Origin: Octopus vulgaris
Lineage: Eukaryota
Assembly (NCBI GenBank): GCA_951406725.2
Contig: OX597826.1
Location: 13,454,001-13,518,000, forward strand
Direction: 5' to 3'
DNA length: 64,000 bases
Below are positions 1-12,327 of the stretch, piece after piece; positions within the stretch are counted from its first letter, which is position 1, and each line of letters starts with the position of its first letter. The notes beneath the pieces are model-generated. The model saw only the letters and a program-made list of their open reading frames with translations. It was not told where the DNA came from and ran no database searches. A program made the position numbers and the translations under genes.

Positions 1-115
1 GTGATCAGTGATGCACATAGAGTCAACCATTAAGAGACATACTCAAGAAGTTCCGGTCAAGCGACTGACAAGTAAATCTGTGGTACTGAGCAGAATATTT
101 GCTATAACGATATTT
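1..115 (-). repeat. Fragment of dispersed repeat family E, running off the window
   Basis: Clear similarity to 53100-53215 and 51231-51300 (ctgacaagcaaatctgtggtattgagcagaatatttgct). Confidence 0.75.
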
Positions 116-861
116 CTGCTTCAGCAATCCAGTACTGAAATTGTCTGAAATGTAATGGAAAATAGGTCAGTTTCAAAACATTGGTGTCCAGGTCACAATA
201 GCAAAGTTTGAAGGGAATAGTAGTCCCTTCCTTTGATTTCTAGATAGAAGCAAATAGGAAATAATACTTACTGACCAAAGACGAAAAAAAAAATTGTTAC
301 ACAGTATTATGGGACCGATTGTAGGCAAGCAGAAAACTCTAATTGTTAAAAGTAGTTTAAGAATATCTAAGTCATAAGCTTGTGAACATTTTTAATTCTA
401 CACAAGGTGAAAAAGAGCCGTTTATCTATAAAACTCAAGGAAAATAATTAAAAAAAAATAAAAGCACTTTTGTGGGTTTAGATATTTTCCCTTCAGCGTC
501 TTTTCGCTATCAATTGTCAAATCCTTATTCAATCGTTAAGCCTAATTTAATTAGCAGGAAATCTAGAAGGAATTTGAACTGATTTTTTGAAAGAGTTTGA
601 ATTCTTAAGCATAATACTGCCGTTCTTTCATTCTTCCCAACTTAATTTTTTGACTTCATTTTCTATCTTCTTCCTATCCTTTTCTACTCTCTCTCCTTGT
701 CTTCTCTTATTCCGATCGACTAAATTCCTTTACATCATTTTCTCTAGTTGTATTTTTATTCCTTCTGTTGCTTTTCTGATTTTTCTTTTCGAATATAAAC
801 TCATGGATACTGAAATATGTTTTACTTATGGATGTTCATATTTTGCCAATTAAACTTTATA

Positions 862-1090
862 TATTTCTTTACTACCCACAAGGAGCTACACACAGAGGGG
901 ACAAACAAGGACAGACAAACGGATTAAGTCTATTACATCGACCCCAGTGTGTAACTGGTACTTAATTTCTCGACCCCGAAAGGATGAAAGGCAAAGTCGA
1001 CCTCGGCGGAATTTGAACTCAGAACGTAACGACAGACGAAATACGGCTACGCATTTCTCCCGGCGTGCTAACGATTCTGCCAGCTCGCCG
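862..1090 (-). mobile_element. tRNA-derived SINE family A, full-length monomer
   Basis: Reverse complement of GGCGGCGAGCTGGCAGAA...GAGTTCAAATTCC (B box)...GCCTTTCATCCTTTCGGGGTCGA...GGGTAGTAAAGAAATA; more than 10 copies in the window. Confidence 0.9.
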
Positions 1091-1158
1091 TGTACTTCAG
1101 CTTTATTATTATTACTATTTTAGTTTAACTTCTTTGTGAAAGCTCTTACCTCACACAT

Positions 1159-1256
1159 CCTGTGGCTTCATCAGCGACTCTCTATTCCACGTGTTTCCTC
1201 TTGATAAGCAGAACCAGAGGAGACACGTGGGATCGAGTCATTGATGAAGACACGGA
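1159..1256. repeat. Imperfect inverted repeat/hairpin with about 40-bp arms
   Basis: cttcatcagcgactc..ttccacgtgtttcctct pairs with agaggagacacgtgggatcgagtcattgatgaag. Confidence 0.8.
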
Positions 1257-1519
1257 ATATTGAATTGATTTTACAATAACACAGAGAGCTATGAAAATAT
1301 AGCGAAATGAATTTGCGACCTTTAAAATGTTGTGCACACATACACACAAGTCTATTCACACAAATCTTCACCAAAAATAATGTTGTAGATAGAGAAGGAG
1401 GTGAAACAACTCTTTCTTGAGCATGGCATTTGCCATTAGTTAACTCGGCAAATAGTTATGCGAAATCTAAACACAATACAAGATGAGCAACCTGTGAGCT
1501 GTATCTCCCTCTCCCCCAA

Positions 1520-1552
<33 letters not shown>

Positions 1553-1581
1553 AGCCGATTTTGTCCGTATTCTACAGAAAA

Positions 1582-1843
1582 GGTGGAGGCGCGTGGCTTA
1601 GTGGTTAGGGTGTCAGCACCAGGATCGTAAGATTGTGGATTCGATTCCTGGACCGGGCGACGCGTTGTGTTCTTGAGCAAAACACTTCATTTCACGTTGC
1701 TCCAGTCCACTCAGCTGGCAAAAATGAGTAACACTGCGATGGACTGGCGTCCCGTCCAGCTGGGGAACACATACGCCATTGAAACCGGGAAACCGGGCCC
1801 ATGAGCCTGGCTAGGCTTTCAAAGGGCGCATTTATTTATTGAT
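1582..1843 (+). mobile_element. tRNA-derived SINE family D, full length, with 14-bp TSD
   Basis: A box TGGCTTAGTGG, B box GATTCGATTCC, (TTTA)n tail; TSD TATTCTACAGAAAA at 1568-1581 and 1844-1857. Confidence 0.9.
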
Positions 1844-1988
1844 TATTCTACAGAAAATAAAGGAATTCTCGAACGTGGGGTGGCTGTGAAGACAGCTTAA
1901 AAAATCAGGTAAATATCCTTTAGCAAGCTTCTACAGACAATCGAACCCTGCACCTCTTAAATGTCGGCCGAGTGCTCTGAGTGCGTGT

Positions 1989-2050
<62 letters not shown>

Positions 2051-2066
2051 CCATTTATAGAACAAA

Positions 2067-2960
2067 AGACTTTACTACACATGACATTCACATGAAAAAA
2101 TCTGCAGCTTGAATCAAGACGTCAACTCCCTACTAAGATCCCAATAAGGCAGTAGGGGCCAACTCACAGCAGGGAAATTAAAATCAGCTTCTAGCAAAAT
2201 ATCAAAGAAAACAAAACACAGAAACAGAATACCGCAAGCATATGTATCCAGCAGAAACCACAAAAGCAATCAAGAGAACATTATACTAATTAATTAGCAG
2301 TATCAACAACTGTAACAAGATCTGCAATTAATATACTCATAACTCAAACAGTGAGTAAACTTCATTATCAGATACAGTTCCATAATCGGTTCCCAAGGAC
2401 CACACATTTACAGAAGCGAAAAACGCAGTCAATACTCGTAGATACGTTTCTTTAAGACGAAGACCTTAATCAATTTGTTTCTAACCCAAACAATAAACTG
2501 AATCCACATTACTCAATACGCCACCGAACAAAATTCACGAATATCCACTGGAGTAGTATGAAGCGTGCTGACCGGAAAGGACAGCATTTTTAATTCTGCG
2601 GGTTTACTTTAGTCGAACTTATGATACGTTCAATAAAAGCGAAAACCAATTTGGCTACCGCACTGAGCTACGAAAACTCACACTACACCACGGACCAAAA
2701 CTTAACATATCTGATCCAGAAGAAATTATTGCACTCACCATCATGTTAATTTACTCGTGACTACAAAACTTGGAATTTGTTAAGTTGGCAGAAGTAAAAT
2801 GATTGTCAATCGGTTTAACAACACAGATTAGTCCTTGGGTGCATTTAACAGCGTTCATTCTGCTGCAAGTGTTCGTAGTAGGTCGCCCATTGAGAATAAT
2901 TTTCTGCCGTAAGCCGCAGAAGCCCTAAATAAAGGCGAGGAGGTTATAGGCACCGTCTTC
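2067..2960 (+). mobile_element. Possible highly decayed Penelope-like element 3' region
   Basis: A-rich decayed coding-like sequence with an ATALS-like motif near 2654 and a degenerate hammerhead-like gcagaagccctaaataaaggcgag near 2915; weak. Confidence 0.3.
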
Positions 2961-3312
2961 CCCTCTCATATTAACCCATTAAGTCCCAGGGTGTCTAATT
3001 TCTGGAGTATCACTTTTAAATTCGCACACCAGGCTTAAAATAGGTTAAAATGAAAATATCTGTAGGTAAAACTCGTTTCCTTTATTTATTAACGAATATA
3101 TAGCCTGCCCTATATATAGGACACTGGGCACTGTTGCTATATATCTATAACGAAAGAACAATATGTATATATTTGAAATAAACTTAATGATGCTAAATGT
3201 GAGCATATATGTTGAGGAAAAATTATGTATAAAACCTTATTAGACTAATTTATGAAAAGCATACTATGTCTATTGTTGATAATTGAAAAAAGAAATGAAA
3301 TTATGAAAAATA

Positions 3313-3735
3313 GGCGCAGGAGTGGCTGTGTGGTAAGTAGCTTGCTTACCAACCACATGGTTCCGGGTTCAGTCCCACTGCGTGGCATCTTGGGCAAGTG
3401 TCTTCTGCTATAGCCCAGGGCCGACCGAATCCTTGTGAGTGGATTTGGTACACGGAAACTGAAAGAAGCCTGTCGTATATATGTATATATATATATGTGT
3501 GTATGCGTGTGTATATGTTTGTGTGTCTGTGTTTGTCCCCCTAGCAATGCTTAACAACCGATGCTGGTGTGTTTATGTCCCCGTCACTTAGCGGTTCGGC
3601 AAAAGTGACCGATAGAATAAGTACTGGGCTTACAAAGAATAAGTCCCGGGGTCGATCTGCTCGACTAAAGGCGGTGCTCCAGCATGGCCGCAGTCAAATG
3701 ACTGAAACAAGTGAAAGAAAAGAAAGAAAGAAAGA
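3313..3735 (+). mobile_element. tRNA-derived SINE family B (CORE-like), full length
   Basis: GGCGCAGGAGTGGCTGTGTGGT head, GGTTCAGTCCC B box, CTTGGGCAAGTG core-like motif, internal (TA)/(TG) microsatellite, GGCGGTGCTCCAGCATGGCCGCAGTC tail, (GAAA)n end. Confidence 0.9.
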
Positions 3736-3810
3736 ATCAACGTAAATGTCCGTTCTTGAAAATTTGCTTTCAAAACCTCAATCGTACTTTTTTATTTTGA
3801 ATGAGAAGGA

Positions 3811-4242
3811 CTAAAACAATCCACACAAAGGGTGACATTGCATTTTTGACAATAAGTGAAGGAGTTTGCTTTGGCAGTCCGTATGTTCACACCGCCTTTG
3901 CTTCTCTCGCTTTGCCATTACATGTCTTTTGCTATCATATCTCACGCTGTTTATTGGCTTAGAGACGGCAGATGGCATGCCTTTAGTTTCTTTTTTTTTT
4001 TTTTTTTTTGAACCTTTCAGATATGTAAGACAAATGTATCTCTTAAAGTCGAGCAACGTTGATATTTCACCCTTTCCATCATAAACTAAATTATAAATAG
4101 TCCACACATTCTCGACGGCCATGTAAAGAAGTCGTGTAAATAGTGGCCAATACCACTTTTTACCTCGAATGGAAATTGCGTATTTCAACACTAGCCAGTC
4201 ATGTTTATCGACACCTCCCATGCAATTGTTATATGTAGTCAA
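3811..4242 (-). pseudogene. piggyBac (PGBD-type) transposase C-terminal fragment
   Basis: YNNCMGGVDKHD...IRGKKWYWPLF motif and a Cys-rich C-terminus (QRRCEHTDC...CHPLC). Confidence 0.9.
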
Positions 4243-4358
4243 AATGTAAGGTTGAGAAACACACCTCTAGTTCTTTTCATGCCTTTTCCAGCGAAGTACA
4301 TTACTAGTTGGTTGAATTGCATCAAAGTTTGTATACATGCACTCACACATACAGACAT

Positions 4359-4405
<47 letters not shown>

Positions 4406-4477
4406 AATCCGGACTTGCAATCCTGAAGTTTTGGATTCCTATGTTTTCATTATTGCGATTGTTTTTGGCGATGTTTT

Positions 4478-4592
4478 ACATGATTTTTAGCGACGAAGAT
4501 GATCACCATTGGGATATGACTGTGGAGGAAGCAACTGCAAGAAATTCTCCAAAACAATTCAGAGATCTGTTTGCACATCTTCCCATTCAGGG
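4478..4592 (+). pseudogene. Helitron Rep/helicase fragment
   Basis: Translation EDDHHWDMTVEEATARNSPKQFRDLFAHL matches the Helitron LEDDxxWxxTLEEA...P.QLRxLFAxxL motif. Confidence 0.7.
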
Positions 4593-4675
4593 TCAGTTGC
4601 TTAAAAGTTACATGCTAACTTAAAAGCCGCACAATAGGGCAGCTTTTAAGCAAGTATATATAGCCCTATTGTGGG

Positions 4676-4775
<100 letters not shown>

Positions 4776-5199
4776 AGGAACTTAAAAACGATAAAACTTT
4801 TTATCAGATAATGTTAAGTTAAACACGTAAACACACATTTTTTCACACAACACTGTATGGTCAGGATTAAGTCCATTGTCAAAATGGAGGAAGCTAGGTG
4901 TTAATAGCCAAACTGTGAAACTCTAACAAATTGGCAAGACTTTAGCAAACCTTTATAAGCAGAGATAATTGTACCTAGTTTTTTGTGACAGTTTTTCTGA
5001 GAAAGTTCCTGTTTTCGCGTTAATCATTATTTGGTCCCTGTTAGACGTAAGTCGCATTGTTGATTGATTGTTGAAGGTATCTCGTAAGGGTGAACCTATT
5101 GTTGAACGTCATTGTTAAATTATGGAATTATTCATTACTGTTTTTTTACCAGTGAATTATATTTGTTTTCCTCCCCATTTATGGGTGAAGTAGGAGAAA

Positions 5200-6450
5200 A
5201 AGGAAGAAGGAGAGCAAACTAGTTGCACTCGACAGCTTTGCTTCAGCCACTGGAAGAAGTTTAACTGCTGTTGCAGGTACGAGAGATACAGATGGACCAG
5301 AGGAAGTTGAAGGAGTTCAATAGACTCATAGAGGAGGATGGGACCAGTTTAAAGCTGACATCGCCAGAAAATTTAACAGCAAGCGTGATGAAGAGGACAG
5401 TGGTGTATAGAACGCTGTCCGGGACATCGGAAAAAAATAGATATAGCCACGCTGGAGACTATAGAGGAATGCCTAAAGGAGAGGGAGAGAATGCGGCACA
5501 GTAGAGGTGAGATTCGCGAATGAGCAAGAAACGATAAACCACTCCACTGTGGCGCTACGAACACCAAAGTGGGTACTGCTGCCGACTTACTGTGGAAAAC
5601 GAGTGGCCAGGGTAAGGATTGGCAGAGTACCCTCTGAGATTGAGAAGGTGTGGCTGGGGGCAGGCATCCTGTATTATATGGAAGAGGACGTGGAGGTGTT
5701 GAAGGTAACGAGAACGAAGAAGGTAAATTGATGGGGATTTGGGCTTGAAGTGGCAGTCCAAGTCAGTTTGCCAGATTTACACAATATAGCAGAGGATGCG
5801 AATTTGAGAGTAGTGGTGGAGGGAAGACTTCCAACCTGTTACCAGTGTGGAGTAAGGAGGACACATGAAGGCAAAGTGTTCCTAGAAACACGACGAAGTT
5901 GTAGAGGAACAGAAGCAGCAGGGTGACGAGCAGGAGCAAAATGCTGAAGCGACATACCCAGTATGTGAGAAGTGTCCAGAGAATATAGAGGAGGAGTATA
6001 CGGTGGTGAGTAGAAAGAAGGAGAGGAAAGAAAACGTGGACTCACCGCTGAAGAGTCCACTAAAGAGAAGGAAGGAGAGTAAAGAAGGAGCACAACATGA
6101 GATACCAACAACGTCGAAGGAAGTCAACACTAAAAAACAAGCGGGACTACAGAAACAAACATATAAAAAAAGGGCCAAAACATAAATAACATATTCTCTA
6201 CAGAAGTAGAGAAGAAAATCACAAAAATGAAAACAGTAATAAGAGTGAAGTTAACATCGGAGTTCTACACAGAAAGCACTAAAGCAATTGTTATTGATGA
6301 CGAGAGATGTTGGGGTTAGGTGGAAGTATTGATGACGAGAACTGTTCGGTAATAAGATAAACCCAACGGGAGTACATATCGAGTTCGACGTTTTGCCGTC
6401 AGTAGTAGAATATGACGACCTGTTGTTGTACATAAAATGGTAAATTAAAA
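5200..6450 (+). mobile_element. Decayed L1/Tx1-type LINE ORF1 (gag-like) region
   Basis: Frameshifted ORFs; RVARVRIGRVP segment and CCHC knuckle VVVEGRLPTCYQCGVR/GHMKAKC near 5810-5882, then a basic K/R-rich region. Confidence 0.65.
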
Positions 6451-6607
6451 AATAATGAGTAAAAATTTTAAAATTTTAAACGACTATAAAAACGGATGCA
6501 AAAAGGAAAAAAAAACTGATTTATAGACTTTAAACGAAAATCATTTAAATGATACTGTCTGCGAGTGGGTAGCAGGCAAGCCATTTCATCTTCATTGTTA
6601 TTATACA

Positions 6608-6838
6608 GGCGGCGAGCTGGCAGAAACGTTAGCACGCCGGATGAAATGCTTAGCGGTATTTCGTCTGTCGTTACGTTGTGTGTTCAAATTCCGCCGAGGT
6701 TGACTTTGCCTTTCATCCTTTCGGGGTCGATAAATTAAGTACCAGTTCTGCACTGGGGTCGATGTAATCGACTTAATACCTATGTCTGTCCTTGTTTGTC
6801 CTCTCTGTGTTTAGCCCCTTGTGGGTAATAAAGAAATA
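6608..6838 (+). mobile_element. SINE family A monomer with 11-bp TSD
   Basis: Full head-to-tail match to other copies; TSD GTTATTATACA at 6597-6607 and 6839-6849. Confidence 0.92.
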
Positions 6839-7056
6839 GTTATTATACATCCTTCATTCGTTCGTTCAGTGTTTCTTGTGCTGTTTTATCTGTCCCCTCT
6901 GTGTTAGGGCCGCAGTGCCAAAATAAAGAATCATTGTGACAGTCTTCTTCTGTGAGACAAGGTTCAATCGGATTCTGGAAGCTGTGATTGCCTGCTTAGT
7001 TTATGCATTTTGTGTCAGGCATTTATGGAATTATTTTATGCTCCAGGAATTCGCCA

Positions 7057-7474
7057 GGGATCTTTTCGGTTTGACCGGCAGTTTTTTAAAATAATTTCCA
7101 CGTAACTAAATACTTTTAAACTTCGTATACTGGTAGAATGTGTTTATAAAACATCTTTTTCTCTTGGCTTTATTGAGAAAATTCTATAGTTTGTAAGATA
7201 TTTGTTGTTTTTTCTTCTTCAGATACTGCAATTTCAAACAATCAATGACGTCTATTGAGGTGAAAACATTCTGTGCCGTATGAATATGTCCCTCATTTAA
7301 GAAACAGATTGGGTTTATTTACATTTCTGAAGAAAAAAAGGTACCCTTCCCCTACCCTTAACCCTAACCCTAAAACATTGAAATGCAATGGATCGATACT
7401 AGGGTCATAATTATGGGGGACAATTTCATATGACACCGCTAGAAAAAAACTGCCGTTCAAACCAAAAAGATCCT
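7057..7474. mobile_element. Non-autonomous TIR element with internal (CCCTAA)n and 6-bp TSD
   Basis: TIR GGGATCTTTTCGGTTTGACCGGCAGTTTTTT / AAAAAAACTGCCGTTCAAACCAAAAAGATCCT; flanks tcgcca/tcccca; CCCTAA repeats near 7350-7373; left arm homologous to 25874-26000. Confidence 0.85.
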
Positions 7475-7914
7475 TCCCCAGATCTTTTTGCTTATCAGCT
7501 TTAAAATAATTTCTGTGTCACATCTGGGTGAGTACAAAAAAAATCTCTGAAGTAATGTTATGCTGTAATACTTATGTGAAATTTGAACCCTGCATTTGTG
7601 GCAGGTTGTGTAGTAATTTTGCTAGCTATTTTCCGTTAAGATAAATGTTAACATTTGCATAAATAGCTAAAGGGTGCATGAATGAATTTTTCCTGTAGCC
7701 AAACTTTTGTTGTAGACAACTAACTGTAAATTTTGTCTAATGGTTACTCAGTATGCTTGTATGAAGCAGTTTTGTGTGAATTTAAAGCCACCTAGATCTT
7801 TTCTTTGATTATTTAATTTTTTAACTATAATTATTGATGTAGTCTGGTAGCTGTTTTTTGTCATGAATTTTTAGTTTAAATGGTTGCTTTGACATTAGAT
7901 TGATTTATGTTTAG

Positions 7915-8121
7915 GTCCAAGTTTCGAAATCCATAGTTCAAAAACCGAATTTGTGAAGCTAGATTTTATAAAATCCAAATTTTCGGAATCCATATTTATT
8001 TGAAAGGCAAATTTGTGAGGCCAGGTTTTGTGCGAGGCCAATTTTGATGAAACCAAAATCTGTGAGTCCAGAGCTACGAATCCAAGGTTGTGAAATCAAG
8101 TTGAAGCCAAGTTGAACTGTA
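7915..8121. mobile_element. Possible Tc1/pogo-type MITE end with short internal repeats
   Basis: Ends in ...GTTGAACTG|TA, with repeated ttt..gaatcc/ttgtgag units. Confidence 0.35.
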
Positions 8122-8392
8122 TATATATATATATATATATACATACATACATATATATATATTACCTTTATGAATATTTTGACTGCACGTCAAGTGTAGC
8201 ATTAATTTATTGTTGTTCGTGTATATATTTGTTTTGTACGTAGGCTGTGTTTTCATGCTGACAATTGTTGATATTTTACAAAAAACTTCAAGGTGCGTTG
8301 TTGTTTTGGGTTCATCTCATGGTCGTTGGTTGTGTAAATTTGGGTTACGGCCACCAGGTCGTAACAATATATATACAGAGAGAGATAATGAA

Positions 8393-8424
<32 letters not shown>

Positions 8425-8957
8425 GTAATTACACATATGTTCACATACGATCCAGGTCAAATTTACTTGTCCTCATTTAAGGCTGTTAAATAATATTTTA
8501 TCCCCCTCTCGGTCTCTCCGTCTCCTATCTCTCCCCCTCTTTCTCTCTCTCTCCCCTCTGCTCTCTCTTTCTCTCTTTGTGTCTGACTACATTTTTCTCC
8601 GCTTTTGCCGAATAAATTCAGCTACGTTCCGATCCAGAGATGGATGGGCTTCACCAGATCTGAACATGACCAACATATGTTTTATGTCTGTCAGGAGTTG
8701 TGCTGCATTGCACAGGTGTATATGTATATATATATGCGAATGATTAAGTATGTGTGTGTGTGTGCGTGTGTGTGTGTGTGTGTGTGTTTGTGTGCATGTG
8801 TGTTTGTGTGTGTGTTTGTGTGTGTGTGTGTTTGTGTGTGTGTTTGTGTGTGTGTGTACGCGCGTATTTATGATTGAATATATATACTGTAATACCACAG
8901 ATTTACAGGCAAGAGAATAGGAAAAAATAATTCCATGCCTATCTAACAGCGTCGGAA

Positions 8958-9342
8958 GTGGAGGCGCAATGGCCCAGTGGTTAGGGTAGCGGACTCGCGG
9001 TCGGAGGATCGCGGTTTCGATTCCCAGACCGGGCGTTGTGTGTGTTTATTGAGCGAAAACACCTAAAGCTCCACGAGGCTCCGGCAGCGGGTGGTGGCGA
9101 CCCCTGTTGTACTCTTTCGCCCCAACTTCCTCTCACTCCTTCTTCCTGTTTCTTATTACCGACTTCCTACGCAAACGCTGAGCCTGGTTGCACATTCATC
9201 CATCCGTCGATGCTCTCGGTGTCGGGGGGGGGGGGTAATCCTGCTTTCTCCTCTGCGGGTCTTACGAATAGCAAAGACCACGTTTCGGACTTCTCCCACT
9301 CTGGGACGAAGACCGCTTCGCTCAACAAACAAACAAACAAAC
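8958..9342 (+). mobile_element. tRNA-derived SINE family C, tail type 1, (CAAA)n end
   Basis: GGAGGCGCAATGGCCCAGTGGTTAGG head, GGTTTCGATTCCC B box; flanking near-duplication aac(a/g)gcgtcgg. Confidence 0.88.
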
Positions 9343-9692
9343 GGCGTCGGCGATCTAAGTGTACAGGTATGTTTTACATATCAAAGCAGATGTGCCAAGA
9401 AGATTAACTATAACTAACTTGTTCTCGAGGCTGGTCTACGGTTAAGATTCATTCATTAAATACATTTCAGTGTCTAGTATATGTAGAAGCGATATTTGCA
9501 TGTCACATGCATTTCTATTCACAAAGCTATGTTCACAAATCTATGTTCAAGCATTTCTCTTCACATTACACACCTGCGGAATAGCAACATACAAGTGGTC
9601 ATATATGTAGGTAAGCAGTTATATTACACCACCTGTTTGTTGTCTACAACACCTGTCTTAGTCTTTTGTCTATTTGTGAATTCCCCACTCCC

Positions 9693-9706
9693 TATACATA
9701 CATACA

Positions 9707-9742
<36 letters not shown>

Positions 9743-9758
9743 CACACATATATATATA

Positions 9759-9800
<42 letters not shown>

Positions 9801-9867
9801 CATACATACATACATATACATACATACATACATATATATGCATACATACATATATACATACATACAT

Positions 9868-9932
<65 letters not shown>
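9693..9932. repeat. Compound (TACA)n/(TA)n microsatellite
   Basis: Directly visible. Confidence 0.95.
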
Positions 9933-9938
<6 letters not shown>

Positions 9939-10872
9939 GGGTGGTTAATTCGCAGTTCTACAGACAGCATTTTACAGTAACACTGGTACTGACTAGTGCC
10001 CTTGTTAACTTTCGTGACATATATAAATATGCTGATAGATAGAAAGATATAGTTATATATGTATATATGAGTGTGTTCGTATGAATTTGTGTGCCTGTCT
10101 GCTAGTTTATGTATGTGTGTGTGTGTCTGTCAGTCTGGGTATACACGCGCGTGAGAGAGAGCGAGAGCGGGTGAGCGAGTGGGTGAGTGAACGTACGACT
10201 GCATTGGAAAATGTCTTAACTAACAACTAGGTCGCAGTAACTTCAGGTTTATGAAGTATGTAGGTCAAAGCAAAATCTAAAAAAAAAACTAAAAAAAAGT
10301 GGCAAAATAGAAATGTAAGCCCTAGACACAGAAAATTTAAATTCAGAAACTGCAGACGCCACTAAATACATGTAGATCACACAAGGGTCCCGCTGTTTAG
10401 AGCACTGTTATGCGTGCGTGCCTCTGTGTGCGTGTGTGTGTATGTGTGTGTGTGTGCACGCGTACCTGTGTGTATGTGTGTGTGCCTATATATATATATA
10501 TACATATATACATACATATGTATATAATGGGGGAGGTGTACATGTGTATATAGGTGTGCTTGTGTGTGTCTGTGTGCTGTTCAGTGACATACATCTCTCA
10601 TGTAGATAGGAATAGAGTGCAACTTGCTTGCAGATTTAAAGGTACAAGCCGAGAAACTTTGTCCTAGTAATCCGACATTTCATCAGCCGTCGTTTAGGTA
10701 CATATGCACTTAACTTTTTCTCTTTTGTTTCCGAGGAACAGGCATTTCATACGTCTTCTTACATCGAAGAATATGATTTAATATGATATTCAAATTCTTG
10801 ACATTTACAGGGTGTGAATACACACATACATATATGTGTATATATATATGTGTGTATATATATATATATAGA

Positions 10873-11063
10873 TAATAACAATTTAATAAATAAAACATAC
10901 GCATACATACATAAATACATACATATATGTACATACCTACATCTATATGTATATATATACATGCATATATGAGTACAGGACACCACAAATAAACATAGAA
11001 CACAACGAGAAACGAAAATATAAAATCAAACAAGCAAGCGGACTTTTTTTTAACAACGAAAAA

Positions 11064-11065
<2 letters not shown>
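10873..11065 (-). repeat. Dispersed repeat end, also present at 40911-41040
   Basis: taataacaa(t/a)ttaataaataaaacata...tatgtacatacctacatctatatgtatatatacatgcatatat occurs at both sites. Confidence 0.65.
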
Positions 11066-11136
<71 letters not shown>

Positions 11137-11137
11137 T

Positions 11138-11955
11138 ATAAAATACAAAATGGGACAAGAACGCAAAACATCCAGACAGGTGATGCAAAAAGGGGACAAC
11201 AAAACATCCAGATAGACGATACAAAGAAAGCAAGGACGGGTCATTCGGAGTTTTTTTCCTCAGTCGAGTTCCAGATTATCTTAGCAATTTCGGCTGGTTA
11301 TACTCGAGATTGCTCCAATCTGGCCAGCGCTAAAGAAAAAACTAAGCTAAGAGCATTAGATATCTTGGAAGAAAGCAACGAATGTATACGAAAACAAGGA
11401 CGGAAAGAAAACAGAAACTTTTACAGAAATACAAATAACAGGACATAACAACAGGTGTCTTTCGACTAAGAAAGAATTAAATTAAGCAAGCGTGTGTGGA
11501 AGTAAAGCATTACAGCATGGATACCAGATTTAACAGGCACGGGGAGGAATATAAATGTTAGACGGATGGCTGCCGAACCAAGACAGAAAGGTCAGGCTTG
11601 GCCGAACACCGGGGAGAGAAGAGAGAGAGATAGAGGTAGAGGCAGAGGGACAGAAGAATTAAGGAGGGGCGAGAAAAAATGACAGGGACACAGTGAAGTG
11701 AAAAGATGAGGGGAAATGACCATGAAGAGAAAGCAAGGAAATGTGAGAGAGGGGAAACGAAAGAACGAAGAGTGGAATGAACGAAGTAAGCGTGAAAGGG
11801 CCAATGCAACGAAGGAATGAATAAAAGAAAGAAAGAATAGAGTCGCACAAGATTTAGATAAATATATACTTACATATAAGGGATCAAAGTGTACGTAAAC
11901 CGTTATGTATTTTATATATAAAATATACAAAATGGGACAAAAACGCAAAACATCC

Positions 11956-11956
<1 letters not shown>
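11138..11956 (-). mobile_element. About 820-bp non-coding element bounded by 35-bp direct repeats (Penelope pseudo-LTR-like arrangement)
   Basis: tacaaaatgggacaa(g/a)aacgcaaaacatcca near 11144 and 11926; internal hairpin 11270-11323; flanked by TA microsatellites. Confidence 0.5.
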
Positions 11957-11999
<43 letters not shown>

Positions 12000-12003
<4 letters not shown>

Positions 12004-12304
12004 AGGCGCAATGGCCCAGTGGTTAGGGCAGCGGACTCGCGGTCGAAGGATCACGGTTTCGATTCCCAGACCGGGCGTTGTGAGTGTTTATTAAGCGAAA
12101 AAACACCTAAAGCTCGATGAGGCTCCGGCAGGGGTGGGGGGCATCCCTGGTGTACTCTTTTGCCACAACTTTCTCTCATTCTTTCTTCTGTTGGCCTGCT
12201 CGCTTAGCCAGCGGGGTGGTGTCATTTGAAGGCTAAAACAATGCGAAGCACACTGTGACCAGCGATGTTTAGCAACACCTGATAGCCTGGGCGATCACGG
12301 TGAT
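12000..12304 (+). mobile_element. SINE family C, tail type 2
   Basis: Same head and body as 8958; diverges after ...ctctcattctttcttc into gttggcctgctcgcttagccagcgggg...gatcacggtgat. Confidence 0.88.
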
Positions 12305-12327
12305 ATATATATATATATATATATATA

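Larger units (their letters stand above)
2971..4330 (-). mobile_element. piggyBac DNA transposon remnant (3' part), interrupted by a SINE B
   Basis: Terminus TTAA|CCCATTAAGTCCCAG at 2971; transposase C-terminal ORF at 3811-4242. Confidence 0.8.

Noticed and set aside
3811-4242. Domesticated PGBD host gene
   Set aside because: Only a C-terminal fragment, with a degraded end and a nearby transposon terminus; best read as a dead element.
8958-9035. tRNA gene-like sequence (also at 1583 and 12000)
   Set aside because: These are SINE heads that continue into SINE bodies and lack a proper acceptor stem.
10650-10692. Minus-strand CTGATGA with a short gtc/gac stem
   Set aside because: No GAAA box or matching stem I.
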